Program-made: the position numbers and the translations under genes | Assembly: GCA_963706595.1 (NCBI GenBank) | Contig: OY970166.1 | Location: 1,056,001-1,120,000, forward strand | DNA from: an uncultured cyanobacterium | GTDB taxonomy: Bacteria; Cyanobacteriota; Cyanobacteriia; Cyanobacteriales; Nostocaceae | DNA: 64,000 nt | Direction: 5' to 3' | Notes under the pieces: generated by a model | What the model saw: only the letters and a program-made list of their open reading frames with translations | Database searches by the model: none | What the model was told of the DNA's origin: nothing | Part shown: positions 28,751-38,980 of the stretch, piece by piece | Layout: each line of letters starts with the position of its first letter | How positions within the stretch are numbered: the first letter of the stretch is position 1

Positions 28751-30052
28751 ATGCTACCTGATAGCACAGCTAAAGGTTCCGCATTCTTTAAGCCTAGCTC
28801 TCGCCAACTGATTATGTTGGCAGTAGCTACAAGTTTGGCGATCGCTGGTACAACAGGTTACAAATTTTGGCAATCACAAGCAACTCAAACGACTCCCACC
28901 ACCCAGGTGAGCATACCTGAGATTAAAACAGTGACAGCCTTGGGAAGATTAGAACCCAAAGGAACAGTAATTAAACTTTCCGCACCGTCATTGAGTCAAG
29001 GTAGCCGGGTAGAACAGCTATTAGTCAAGGAAGGAGATCAGGTTAAAGCTGGGGAGGCGATCGCAATTTTAGATAATCGCGATCGCTTACAAGCCGCATT
29101 ACAAGAAGCCGAAGCTGGCGTGAAAATAGCACAGATAAATTTGGCAAAAATCCAGGAAGGTGCAAAAGTCGGCGAAATCCAAGCCCAAAAAGCCGAAATG
29201 GGGCGTATTCAAGCACAGACTCTAGGAGATGAAAGGCAGCAAACAGAGACAGTCACCCGATTAGAGGTACAGTGGCAAGGAGAGAAAACAGCACAACAAG
29301 CCACAATTAACAAGCTAGAAGCAGAACTGAAAAATTCCGAAGTAGAATTTCAACGCTATCAGCAGTTGTACTCAGAAGGAGCAATTTCTCAGTCTTTATT
29401 TGACAGTAAGCGCCTGAGTGTAGATATCATCACCCAGCAGTTGAGTGAAGCCAGAGCTATTCTCAAACGCATTGATGGCACTGGTCGCCAGCAAATTACT
29501 GAAGCTCAGACAGTGCTAACTCGACTTCAAGCAACTGGCAATCAACAAGCTAATGTGGCATCTGCTACCTTAGACCGGATCGCCGAAGTCCGACCGATAG
29601 ATGTCGCCGGCGCAAAAGCAGAAGTTACTCGTGCGATCGCAGTCACAAAACAGGCAAAGGCAAACTTAGCTCAGGCTTATGTCATATCGCCCCAAGACGG
29701 CGTGATCTTTGACATTCTGACCCGCCCAGGCGAAATGGTATCTAATGACGGCATTATCGAGATTGGGCAAACCAAGCAGATGTATGCAGTTGTCGAAATT
29801 TATCAAAGCGACGTGAGCAAAGTCCAACCACAGCAACGGGTGCGGATATCCAGTAATTCTCTATCAGGTGAATTAGTCGGAACAGTAGATTGGGTAGCCT
29901 CGAAAGTGCAACGGCAAAATATTATTAACAGTGACCCCACCGAAAATATTGACTCCAGAGTGGTGGAAGCTTATGTAAAACTTGATGCAGCATCCAGCCA
30001 AAAAGCCGCTAAATTTACCAATTTACAAGTAAAGGCGGTGATTGAACTATGA
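28751..30052 (+). CDS. DevB-family ABC exporter membrane fusion protein
   Basis: VTALGRLEP, LLVKEGDQV, long coiled coil, MYAVVEIYQSD, TNLQVKAVI. Confidence 0.92.
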   Translation: MLPDSTAKGSAFFKPSSRQLIMLAVATSLAIAGTTGYKFWQSQATQTTPTTQVSIPEIKTVTALGRLEPKGTVIKLSAPSLSQGSRVEQLLVKEGDQVKAGEAIAILDNRDRLQAALQEAEAGVKIAQINLAKIQEGAKVGEIQAQKAEMGRIQAQTLGDERQQTETVTRLEVQWQGEKTAQQATINKLEAELKNSEVEFQRYQQLYSEGAISQSLFDSKRLSVDIITQQLSEARAILKRIDGTGRQQITEAQTVLTRLQATGNQQANVASATLDRIAEVRPIDVAGAKAEVTRAIAVTKQAKANLAQAYVISPQDGVIFDILTRPGEMVSNDGIIEIGQTKQMYAVVEIYQSDVSKVQPQQRVRISSNSLSGELVGTVDWVASKVQRQNIINSDPTENIDSRVVEAYVKLDAASSQKAAKFTNLQVKAVIEL

Positions 30053-31230
30053 AAAATTTGATTAAAGAACTACAACGGCGAACACCACTAGGATGGCTAC
30101 AACTCAGCCATCATAAAAGTCGTTTGGTTGTCGCTATAGCCGGTATTGCCTTTGCAGATGTCCTGATGTTTATGCAGCTAGGCTTTCAGAATGCCCTCTA
30201 CGACAGCAACACTACCATAAATCGGGCTGTGCTGGCAGACATTATATTAATGAGTCCGCAAAGTCGGAATATGCAAAGTATGTCTACCTTTTCACGGCGG
30301 CGATTATTGCAGGCTGCTGATGTTCCGGGTGTGCAATCAGCTACAGCCATGTATATCGGTTTAATCACTTGGAAGAATCCCCAAACACGCCGCAAAACCC
30401 CAGTCCAAGCCATTGGTGTCACTCATGAACAGCCTGTTTTAGACTTACCAGAACTAAATGCTCAATTAGACAAGATTAAACTACCTGATTCCTTTATTTT
30501 TGACCGTGGAGCCAGAGGTGAATACCAAGAGGTATTTCGCCAAATTGACGCAGGTAAAACCGTATCCACAGAAGTAGATAAACGTACCATTAACATTACT
30601 GGCGCATTTAAATTAGGCGCATCCTTTGGCGCTGACGGCACATTGATTTCTAACGATGACAATTTTTTACGGCTATTTCCCCGACGACAAGTAGGGAGTA
30701 TCAGCCTGGGCTTGATAGATATTGAACCAGGCTATGATTCCCAGCAGGTAGCAACAGCCTTAAAATTCCACCTCCAAAATAATGAAGATGTGAAAGTGCT
30801 AACACGGGAGGAATATATCAAATTTGAGGAAGACTACTGGAAAAGTGAAAGCCCCATTGGATTTATCTTCAGTTTGGGCGTAGCTATGGGATTTCTGGTA
30901 GGTGTGATTATTGTCTATCAAGTTCTTTCTACTGACGTGAATGCCCATTTAAAAGAATACGCCACCTTCAAAGCCATGGGTTATCCCAATTCATACCTAT
31001 TAGGGGTGATTTTTGAAGAAGCGATTATTTTAGCTTTCCTGGGTTTTATTCCCGGATTTGTTGTGCCTTTGGGACTTTACCACTTGGCTCGCAATGCGAC
31101 AAATTTACCGATATATATGACTTTATTCAGGGGAGTGATTGTATTATTACTCACAATTATTATGTGTACTATTTCGGGAATTATCGCCACTCAGAGATTA
31201 CAATCTGCGGACCCGGCGGATATGTTTTAG
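30049..31230 (+). CDS. DevC-family ABC exporter permease
   Basis: RTPLGWLQL, GIAFADVLMFMQLGF, IVYQVLSTDV..HLKEYATFKAMGY, ADPADMF. Confidence 0.94.
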   Translation: MKNLIKELQRRTPLGWLQLSHHKSRLVVAIAGIAFADVLMFMQLGFQNALYDSNTTINRAVLADIILMSPQSRNMQSMSTFSRRRLLQAADVPGVQSATAMYIGLITWKNPQTRRKTPVQAIGVTHEQPVLDLPELNAQLDKIKLPDSFIFDRGARGEYQEVFRQIDAGKTVSTEVDKRTINITGAFKLGASFGADGTLISNDDNFLRLFPRRQVGSISLGLIDIEPGYDSQQVATALKFHLQNNEDVKVLTREEYIKFEEDYWKSESPIGFIFSLGVAMGFLVGVIIVYQVLSTDVNAHLKEYATFKAMGYPNSYLLGVIFEEAIILAFLGFIPGFVVPLGLYHLARNATNLPIYMTLFRGVIVLLLTIIMCTISGIIATQRLQSADPADMF

Positions 31231-31345
31231 GGAATGGGGAGTGGGGAGTAGGGAGTGGGGAGTGGGGGGAAAGAAAAGAGGCAGGGGGGCAGGGAGCAGG
31301 GGGGAGAAGACGGTAACTTCCTAATGACCAATGACTAATGACCAA
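31230..31345. repeat. STRR heptamer arrays (GGGGAGT, GCAGGGG, AATGACY)
   Basis: Tandem heptamers fill the devC-devA spacer. Confidence 0.85.
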
Positions 31346-32046
31346 TGACTAATGTTATCTCTATTGAAAATCTAGATCATTACTTTGGTAGTGGTCAACT
31401 GAGTAAGCAGGTTTTATTCAATATCAATCTGACAATTAATGCTGGTGAGATTGTGATTATGACAGGTCCTTCTGGTTCTGGTAAAACGACACTGCTAACT
31501 TTAGTGGGAGGGTTGCGTTCTGTCCAGTCTGGTAGTATGCGAGTTTTAGACAGAGAACTTTCTGGTGCTAGTAGCAAAGATTTAACAAAAGCCCGGCGAA
31601 GTAACGGTTATATCTTTCAAGCGCACAACTTGCATGGTAGTTTAACAGCACTTCAGAATGTGCGGATGGGTTTGGAAGTGCAACCGCAAATTTCGCCCCA
31701 AGAAATGCTTCACCAATCACAAGAAATGCTCAAAGCAGTGGGTTTGGGCGAACGACTCAATTACTATCCCGATAATTTGTCTGGTGGACAAAAACAACGG
31801 GTTGCGATCGCACGAGCGTTGGTAAGTCAGCCTAAAATTGTCTTAGCAGATGAACCCACCGCCGCACTGGATAAACAATCGGGGCGCGATGTGGTGGAAA
31901 TTATGCAAAAATTAGCCAAAGAGCAAGGCTGTACAATTTTGCTCGTCACCCACGATAACCGCATTTTAGATATCGCTGACCGGATTATTTATATGGAAGA
32001 TGGTCATCTCGTCAGAAATGATGTCAATACTCTCAGTAGTGCTTAA
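31345..32046 (+). CDS. DevA-family ABC transporter ATP-binding protein
   Basis: GPSGSGKTT, GYIFQAHNL, LSGGQKQRVAIARAL, VTHDNRILD. Confidence 0.94.
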   Translation: MTNVISIENLDHYFGSGQLSKQVLFNINLTINAGEIVIMTGPSGSGKTTLLTLVGGLRSVQSGSMRVLDRELSGASSKDLTKARRSNGYIFQAHNLHGSLTALQNVRMGLEVQPQISPQEMLHQSQEMLKAVGLGERLNYYPDNLSGGQKQRVAIARALVSQPKIVLADEPTAALDKQSGRDVVEIMQKLAKEQGCTILLVTHDNRILDIADRIIYMEDGHLVRNDVNTLSSA

Positions 32047-32085
32047 TGCTGAGTGGAAGGTTTGTTCTCAGCACTCAGCACTGGT

Positions 32086-33042
32086 TTAACCAGCCCAAAT
32101 TTTATCCAAAACGGTTTGGGGTGAAATATCCGCCATTTCACCTGTTGGTGATTTAATCGCCAGAAATTTATCGCTTTTTGGCAACAACTGCGCTGGATCT
32201 GTGGGTCCAAATAGAGCGATAGTATAAGTTTGCACTGCCACACTGAGGTGAAGTAGTGGATCATCAGTTGATAACATCAAACTCGCGCCGCCAATCATGG
32301 CAGCTATTTTGCCAATATTATCAGGAGAAGTCACTTTAATACCTGGAGTTCTTTCCAGAAGCGATCGCCTAATTTCCTCATTTTCAGATCCTTGAATTAC
32401 CACCACAGGCAAATCTGGCTGCTTTTGCTGACATTCCTGAATAATTTGCTGCCAATTTTTCACAGGGTAGAGTTTATCCACACCTGTGGGAGATACCTCA
32501 CTAGAACCAGCATTAATCAATATGTAGCCTGTTTCATTTACCCCCAAGCGTTTTTGTTCATTTTGTGACCACTCAATGTCTGGTTTCGGTACATTCACTG
32601 CTAACTCTGGGCAAGGGGTTTTAATTCCAAACGGTTGCAGCAAATCGTGGTAAACTGCCGCCACGTACTTGTTTGGTTGGTATGGTACAGAATCAGTGAG
32701 AAAACCTGCTCCTTTACCTTGGTAGCCAACGCGGGTAGGAATTCCCGTTAACCAGAGCAAAAGACCCATTAACCAGCTTTGTCCCACAGTGATGACGGCA
32801 TCATACTCGCGATCGCGAATCGTGCCAACCAGATTGCTCCAATCCGCCAGACTGTTGCGGTCTTGATAATCAAAGGCCAGAACATCATTAACTGACTTGC
32901 TCACCCGATAGGCAGCCTTTGACCGGGGTTCCACAACGACATCTAACTGAGCGTTAGGGTAGGAACGCTTCAGATCATCTAGTGTCGGGAAGAAAAGAAT
33001 TTGGTCACCAATTCCACCAGGAACAAGGGCTACTACTCGCAT
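32086..33042 (-). CDS. Glycosyltransferase family 9 protein
   Basis: VPGGIGDQILFFP, LHLSVAV, IALFGPTDP. Confidence 0.9.
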   Translation of the reverse strand: MRVVALVPGGIGDQILFFPTLDDLKRSYPNAQLDVVVEPRSKAAYRVSKSVNDVLAFDYQDRNSLADWSNLVGTIRDREYDAVITVGQSWLMGLLLWLTGIPTRVGYQGKGAGFLTDSVPYQPNKYVAAVYHDLLQPFGIKTPCPELAVNVPKPDIEWSQNEQKRLGVNETGYILINAGSSEVSPTGVDKLYPVKNWQQIIQECQQKQPDLPVVVIQGSENEEIRRSLLERTPGIKVTSPDNIGKIAAMIGGASLMLSTDDPLLHLSVAVQTYTIALFGPTDPAQLLPKSDKFLAIKSPTGEMADISPQTVLDKIWAG

Positions 33043-33092
33043 AATATTTATTGACGCGTACTCGCTCTTAATTTTAGGTGAATATAGTCAAT

Positions 33093-33253
33093 CAATTTTG
33101 GATTTAAGATTTAAGATTTTAGATTTAAGATTGACCCCCATATTCAATTTTAGATTTAAGATTTAGGATTTTAGATTGACCGCCTGATCAAGTAGCACAA
33201 CAAAATTCCGGCTCCCTCTCCTTACTAAGGAGAGGGTTGGGGTGAGGTTCTAT
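33093..33253. repeat. Composite repeat upstream of ispD (inverted partner of 33975-34090)
   Basis: TTTTAGA array + ttgacccccatattca + caacaaaattccggctccctctccttactaaggagagggttggggtgaggttctat. Confidence 0.88.
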
Positions 33254-33291
33254 ATTATTGGTTATTAGTCGTTAATGTCTTGAGGTTTTCT

Positions 33292-33972
33292 GTGTATTTA
33301 CTCATTCCATCGGCGGGTATTGGCAAAAGAATGGGAGGAACCCGGAATAAACTCCTCCTGGAAGTGCGATCGCAAGCAATCATTGCTTGGACGCTCAAAG
33401 CGGCAGCAGCAGCCAGTAAAATCAAGTGGATCGGGATTATTTCTCAACCTTGTGATTGGCCTGAATTTAAAGAAATTATCGCTGATTTAAATCTGACTAA
33501 ACCAGTGGAGTTTATTGTCGGGGGGGACACCCGTCAAGAATCGGTTTACAACGGCTTGCAGGCGCTCCCAGCCACCGCAGAACAAGTATTAATTCACGAT
33601 GGCGCTCGATGTTTAGCCACACCAGATTTACTCGACTCCTGCGCCGAAGCTATCCGCCAATGTTCTGGTTTAATTGCGGCTGTACCCGTGAAAGATACAA
33701 TCAAAGTTGTGGATGAGCATGGCATTATTCTAAGCACACCCGACCGACGGCAATTATGGGCAGCACAAACACCCCAAGGGTTTAATGTCAAGTTATTGAA
33801 AGAATGTCATGCCCAAGGTGTGCGTCAGGGTTGGGAAGTTACCGATGATGCGGCTTTATTTGAAAAATGCGGTATTGAAGTCCAAATTGTCCCCGGAGAA
33901 GAGACTAATTTAAAAATTACCACTCCTCAAGATTTAGCGATCGCTGAATTTATCCTCAGTAACAGAGAATAG
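33292..33972 (+). CDS. ispD: 2-C-methyl-D-erythritol 4-phosphate cytidylyltransferase
   Basis: LIPSAGIGKRMG, GGDTRQESVYNGL, VLIHDGAR, AQTPQGF, TDDA, NLKITTPQDL; GTG start. Confidence 0.96.
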   Translation: MYLLIPSAGIGKRMGGTRNKLLLEVRSQAIIAWTLKAAAAASKIKWIGIISQPCDWPEFKEIIADLNLTKPVEFIVGGDTRQESVYNGLQALPATAEQVLIHDGARCLATPDLLDSCAEAIRQCSGLIAAVPVKDTIKVVDEHGIILSTPDRRQLWAAQTPQGFNVKLLKECHAQGVRQGWEVTDDAALFEKCGIEVQIVPGEETNLKITTPQDLAIAEFILSNRE

Positions 33973-33974
33973 GG

Positions 33975-34090
33975 ATAGAACCTCACCCCAACCCTCTCCT
34001 TGCTAAGGAGAGGGAGCCGGAATTTTGTTGTCCTACTGAATATGGGGGTCAATCCAAAATCTAAAATCTAAAATCTAAAATCTAAAATTG
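33975..34090. repeat. Composite repeat downstream of ispD (inverted partner of 33093-33253)
   Basis: atagaacctcaccccaaccctctccttgctaaggagagggagccggaattttgttgtcctactgaatatgggggtcaa + TCTAAAA array. Confidence 0.88.
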
Positions 34091-34091
34091 T

Positions 34092-34631
34092 ATGACTACA
34101 GCAACAAAGATAGAAGCGATTCTGTATTTAAAAGGTAAGCCCTTGTCCCTGAGCGAAATCGCCGAGTATGCAGGGTGCGATCGCGCCACAGTCGAAGAAG
34201 GCATAATGGAACTAATGGATAATTATGCTCATAGAGAAACTGCTTTAGAAGTCGTAGAAACTCCCACTGGTTATAGTTTGCAACTGCGGTCTGATTTTCA
34301 TGACTTGGTACAAACGCTGATTCCTGTAGAATTAGGCTTGGGAGCATTAAGGACATTAGCTGCGATCGCACTGCATAATCCCATACTCCAAACTGATTTA
34401 ATTGAACTGCGTGGTTCAGGAGTCTATCAACACGTCCCGGAACTGGTCGAACTTGGTTTTGTGCGGAAACGTCGAGACAATGAGTCTCGCTCCTACTCGC
34501 TACAAGTCACACCGAAATTTCATCAGTATTTTCAACTTGAACAACTGCCCCAAATCCTAGAATACAGCCACAAAGAAGAACAACTAGAATTAGACCTCAC
34601 ACCCAAAGAAGAAGTAAAACCTGCTAGTTAA
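34092..34631 (+). CDS. scpB: SMC-Scp complex subunit ScpB
   Basis: IEAILYLKGKPLS, ALRTLAAIA, IELRGS, VTPKFHQYF. Confidence 0.93.
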   Translation: MTTATKIEAILYLKGKPLSLSEIAEYAGCDRATVEEGIMELMDNYAHRETALEVVETPTGYSLQLRSDFHDLVQTLIPVELGLGALRTLAAIALHNPILQTDLIELRGSGVYQHVPELVELGFVRKRRDNESRSYSLQVTPKFHQYFQLEQLPQILEYSHKEEQLELDLTPKEEVKPAS

Positions 34632-34788
34632 ACAAAATCTCATCCACAAAAGTTTTTTAGGCAAAATTTCTCTGTTGTAGACATAGACAGGGCTTTCCTA
34701 GATTAAAGTCCAACCTATACCAATAGAGAATGCAATAGGCTTGTACTATGGTTTAGAGTAGAATCAGCAACTAAGCTAAAATTTGCCA

Positions 34789-35136
34789 ATGGTGTTTGAC
34801 CCTGACTTTTTGAATGATAACTCCGAGGAAAATCCCAATCAGCTTCTGAACGACCATTTTGAGGAAAATCCGAATCAGTTACTCAAATATTTACAGCATC
34901 AGCCTCCTGAAGTTCTAGCCCGTGTCGCCCAGTCCGTCAGCCCGGAAATTAAGCATATAATTTCGCAAAACGTCCAAGGGCTAGTGGGAATGCTTCCCGC
35001 AGAGAATTTCAACGTGCAGATTACCACAGATAGGGATAACTTAGCTGGGCTTCTAGCATCGGCGATGATGACAGGATACTTCCTCCGCCAGATGGAACAA
35101 AGAATGCAGTTGGAGCATTTGTCTAATAATCAATAG
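34789..35136 (+). CDS. DUF760 domain protein
   Basis: NVQGLVGMLP, RDNLAGLLASAMMTGYFLRQMEQR. Confidence 0.9.
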   Translation: MVFDPDFLNDNSEENPNQLLNDHFEENPNQLLKYLQHQPPEVLARVAQSVSPEIKHIISQNVQGLVGMLPAENFNVQITTDRDNLAGLLASAMMTGYFLRQMEQRMQLEHLSNNQ

Positions 35137-35148
35137 TCAACAGCACAA

Positions 35149-36363
35149 CTACTTTTTGTCAGGATAGGAGCCTGATTGCACTTTCAAAGTTTGGACTTTA
35201 CCATTGCGGTTAACTTCAATTTCCAGGATATCCCCAACCGTGCTAGACTCTACCAGCTTCTGGACTAGGGCTGCGATTTTGACTGGTTTACCGTTGATTT
35301 TTTGAATCACGTCTCCAGGAAGCAGCCCCGATTCTTCTGCTGGTGAATTTTCCATGACTCCCAAAATCACAACACCCGTTTTCGGCTGAATGTTGAGATT
35401 TTTTGCTTGATTCATCTCTCGTCTTTTAGTGGGAGATAAATCTGTCATTTGAATCCCCAAAAAAGGATGTTCTGCGCGTCCTTTGGTAAATAGTTCATTA
35501 GCAATACGAGCAGCCGTTTCAATCGGAATAGCAAAGCCCAAGCCTTGAGCATCGGCGCGGATAGCAGTGTTAATCCCAATAACTTCACCTTGGGCGTTTA
35601 ACAAAGGACCGCCAGAGTTACCAGGATTAATTGCTGCATCAGTTTGAATAAAACTGACTCGCTTATCTGGGACACCAACTTGAGCGCTGGTGCGACCAGT
35701 AGCGCTAATAATACCGATAGTGACAGTATTATCTAAACCTAAAGGATTGCCAATAGCGATCGCCCATTGTCCGGGAATTAAATTTTGCGAATTGCCTAAC
35801 TTCACTACGGGCAATTTATTTTCGGAAATTTTCACCACGGCGACATCGGTAATCGGATCAACTCCCACCACTCTCCCCTTAAAAGTCCGACCATCTTTGA
35901 GAGTGACTTGTACAGTATCTGTATCCGCCACCACATGGGCATTAGTCAGCAATAGACCATTTTCCCTCAAAATAAATCCTGACCCCGTACCACGCTCAAT
36001 TCGTTCTCTAGGAATGGGTTGCTCATCATCCCCAAAAAAGCGCCGCAAGAGGGGATTTTTCAAAGCGTCTGAAATGGGATTGGGAACCTTGCGGGTAGCA
36101 TTAATGCGTACTACTGCCGGGCCGACTTTCTGCACTGCTGAAGCAATAAAATTCAGGTTATCACCCCCAGTAGCGCCAATAGCTCCGCCCACAGGATTAG
36201 GAACCACAGAGTCTGGAGAAGATGACACCGTAACATTTCTTAATTCTTTAAATGAGCGATTGTATGGCAAAAGATAATGACTGCCCAGCACACCTGCACC
36301 ACTACCAATCGCCAGTAGAGATAGATAAATAGCTAATTGCTTTAAGGGTAAGTTCATAATCAT
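35149..36363 (-). CDS. HhoA/HhoB/HtrA family serine protease with PDZ domain
   Basis: GTGSGFI, TNAHVV, DVAVVKI, IQTDAAINPGNSGGPL, C-terminal PDZ. Confidence 0.95.
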   Translation of the reverse strand: MIMNLPLKQLAIYLSLLAIGSGAGVLGSHYLLPYNRSFKELRNVTVSSSPDSVVPNPVGGAIGATGGDNLNFIASAVQKVGPAVVRINATRKVPNPISDALKNPLLRRFFGDDEQPIPRERIERGTGSGFILRENGLLLTNAHVVADTDTVQVTLKDGRTFKGRVVGVDPITDVAVVKISENKLPVVKLGNSQNLIPGQWAIAIGNPLGLDNTVTIGIISATGRTSAQVGVPDKRVSFIQTDAAINPGNSGGPLLNAQGEVIGINTAIRADAQGLGFAIPIETAARIANELFTKGRAEHPFLGIQMTDLSPTKRREMNQAKNLNIQPKTGVVILGVMENSPAEESGLLPGDVIQKINGKPVKIAALVQKLVESSTVGDILEIEVNRNGKVQTLKVQSGSYPDKK

Positions 36364-36496
36364 CAGGTTTAGACAGCAGTGCAGTTGCTAATTCCTAAGT
36401 GTAGTCAAGCCAACGGCGAGTGAACAGATAAATTTACATAAAACTAGACAATATTTTTGGTAAAAACGGGGATCAGAGTCCAGACAAAGGTAGAAA

Positions 36497-36968
36497 GGAG
36501 AAGAGGCAGGGGAGCAGGGCGCACCGGAGTAAGGGGGGGGGGTTAAGAGGCAGGGGTGCAGGGAGCAGGGGGCAAGGGGGAGTAAGAAATTACTTTAAAC
36601 TTCCAGGACTTACTTAAACAAAATTTGTCATTGCGACCGGAACGCAGAGTAGGGAAGCAATCCCAGAGTTTTAGGCGATTACGTCGCTATCGCTTGTAAT
36701 GACTAATTACGTTAATTTTGCGTAAGTCCTAACTTCCGGTTACTTAACAACCATTCCTCTTCTCCCCTGCACCCTGCCCCCTGCCCCCCTGCCTCTTCTC
36801 CCCCCTGCACCCTGCCCCCTGCCCCCCTGCCTCTTCTCCCCTGCACCCTGCCCCCTGCCCCCCTGCCTCTTCTCTCCCCTGCACCCTGCACCCTGCCCCC
36901 CTGCCTCTTCTCCCCTGCACCCTGCCCCCTGCCCCCGTTCCTCTTCTCCCCTGCCTCTTAACTCCCCA
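36497..36968. repeat. GC-rich composite repeat with expanded CCCCTGC array, interrupted by an AGGACTTAC-ended MITE (36605-36730)
   Basis: Core ttactttaaacttcc|ggttacttaacaacc is split by aggacttac...gtaagtcct with aacttcc duplicated; intact core at about 56047. Confidence 0.85.
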
Positions 36969-37022
36969 CAAATCGATTCGCCAACTAAAATCTAAAGTTA
37001 GCGCTCTGTTGACTTTTGATAT

Positions 37023-37901
37023 ATGAATTTTCCCTATCGTCTACTTTTGCTCTGTAGCCTAGTTGGTACTGTCGGGTTAACATCCACACCCCTGAACTCG
37101 AACAGCGCCCATGCAGCCCCTAGTTGTCCAACTCCGGCGTTATCTCGCTTCCAGCGCCATCAAGTTAATCGTGGCGAAACTTTGGAGAGCATAGCACAGC
37201 GTTACAATCTCACGCCTACAACGCTAATCAATATGAATCCTGCTGTCAGAAACGGTAGCGTGACTGTTGGTAGCGAGCTACAAATTCCTCCCTTTAATGG
37301 GTTTGTGGTAGAAGTGCCTCGTGGACAAACTTGGCGAGATATGGCAAAAAAATATGAAGTTCGTGCTGATACGCTGTTTGAAATCAATGGTTGTCAACAA
37401 AATCTCAGGGTTGCTTTTATTCCAGTAGGAAATGTCTCTCCCAGTCGCCCCATAACTGCGTCTCCCGCCCCTGCTGATAGTCAGCCTATATCCATTTCTG
37501 GCTATCCTTTGCAGAAAATGGCCTCTGTGTTACTTCCTTATGGCTGGCAGATTAATCCTACTACTGGTGCGGTGTTTTTCCATAGTGGTGTAGATTTGTT
37601 GGCTGCTGTGGGTAATCCTGTACAAGCGATCGCACCTGGAACTATAGTCTTTGCTAATGACCAAGGGACTTATGGCCAGTTGGTGATTATTAATCATGCT
37701 GGCAATCTGCAAAGCCGTTACGCCCATCTGGGGGAAATTAAGGTTTCTGTAGGTCAAAAAGTGAATGCAGGTGACTTACTAGGAACTGTAGGCACGACTG
37801 GAGAGCCTACCGGAGGTCGGACACACCTCCATTTTGAAATGCGTTCTAGCTCTGATTTGGGTTGGGTGGCTGAAGATCCTAAAGGTTATTTACAGCAGTG
37901 A
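37023..37901 (+). CDS. LysM + M23 peptidase domain protein
   Basis: HQVNRGETLESIAQRY LysM; FHSGVDL, YAHL, HLHFE M23 motifs. Confidence 0.93.
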   Translation: MNFPYRLLLLCSLVGTVGLTSTPLNSNSAHAAPSCPTPALSRFQRHQVNRGETLESIAQRYNLTPTTLINMNPAVRNGSVTVGSELQIPPFNGFVVEVPRGQTWRDMAKKYEVRADTLFEINGCQQNLRVAFIPVGNVSPSRPITASPAPADSQPISISGYPLQKMASVLLPYGWQINPTTGAVFFHSGVDLLAAVGNPVQAIAPGTIVFANDQGTYGQLVIINHAGNLQSRYAHLGEIKVSVGQKVNAGDLLGTVGTTGEPTGGRTHLHFEMRSSSDLGWVAEDPKGYLQQ

Positions 37902-37954
37902 GGATTTTAACGCAAAGGGGCGCAGAGGTGAGCGCAAAGGTACGCGGAGGAATT

Positions 37955-38980
37955 TTAAAGGGTTTGAGTCGATTTGATTATTTGCATTCCGGCTTCTGCA
38001 AATTTTCTAAATGCTCTATCTGCTTGTTCTGTGTAGTCCACTACACCAGGGACGACCACAGGGGATGTGCAGTCTTCTAGTAAATAAATTTTTTGGCTCA
38101 GGGTGCTATCTATCTGTTTAATTTCTGTGAGTAAATCGTCAATTGTCCAGGCTACGCAGTGGCTTTTGGCTTGACCTGCAATTATTACAGCATCAAATTC
38201 TAACAGTTGTTTAATTAGGCGGGTGTTTTTTTGGGCGAGTGGGTTTTGCTTAAAATCTGTTAAAACTTCTGGGCTTAAAACGGAGTAGTTTTCTGTTAAG
38301 GGGTTATCTCCTTTAATTTCAAATTGCGTCTGAGTTTGACGCGCAATGCTATGGAAAAATATTGCTGATTCAACTGATGAAACTAAGGCATGACCAATTC
38401 CGCCTAACATGGAATGATAAGGCCAAACTGTGAGGGGATATTTACCATTTTGGCTGAGTTGTTTAACGTAATGGTAAGCGTGTTTTTCTAATAGTTCATA
38501 ATTGCCATTAGTAATACTGTTAGCCACTGCTGGGTTAACTTTCCAAATACCGTTTTCTATATCGGCTGGGGTAATGTTAGTTGCGGCTGGGGTCGGGTGT
38601 TCACCTGCATCATTTATCCAAAATATGGGATGAAAAATTTGGGTTGCGGTGTGGGTGTCTAATGTGGGAATAATTTTGGTAATTAGTCCTAAGTTATGAT
38701 AAATAAACTCACATATCCGCCGATTATCATCAACTGCCCCAGTCCCAGATTTTCCGCCGACAAATAATTCAAATCCAGGGATACAGAATGTGTTCTGCAC
38801 ATCAATTAAAAGTAAGCAAATATTGGTTTTATCTAAAGCTGCTGGTTGAATATTATATTGTTCTGCCCAAGCTTCGGCTGCTGCGGCTATTTCTTGATAG
38901 GGTACACGCCAAACTTCGCCAACTTTTTCAGCGTTGAAGTAAGGAGGAATTGGTAGTTGAGTTTTTATGAAATTATTCAT
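37955..38980 (-). CDS. Isochorismatase / nicotinamidase-like cysteine hydrolase
   Basis: LLLIDVQNTFC, TLDTH, WPYH, AGQAKSHCV, LLEDCTS. Confidence 0.85.
   Translation of the reverse strand: MNNFIKTQLPIPPYFNAEKVGEVWRVPYQEIAAAAEAWAEQYNIQPAALDKTNICLLLIDVQNTFCIPGFELFVGGKSGTGAVDDNRRICEFIYHNLGLITKIIPTLDTHTATQIFHPIFWINDAGEHPTPAATNITPADIENGIWKVNPAVANSITNGNYELLEKHAYHYVKQLSQNGKYPLTVWPYHSMLGGIGHALVSSVESAIFFHSIARQTQTQFEIKGDNPLTENYSVLSPEVLTDFKQNPLAQKNTRLIKQLLEFDAVIIAGQAKSHCVAWTIDDLLTEIKQIDSTLSQKIYLLEDCTSPVVVPGVVDYTEQADRAFRKFAEAGMQIIKSTQTL

Noticed and set aside
28751..32046. The canonical heterocyst devBCA operon
   Set aside because: Nostocales carry several paralogues; the divergent TetR suggests another one, so no gene symbols were given.
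35690..36277. 195-aa ORF antisense to the HtrA-type gene (also 56166-56846 on ilvN, 19308-19787 on hup, 41029-41526 on ctpC)
   Set aside because: Shadow frames of well-conserved genes with no independent support.
36744..36971. CRISPR array, or the 75-aa GRG-rich ORF
   Set aside because: Tandem heptamers with no unique spacers; the ORF is just the translated repeat.
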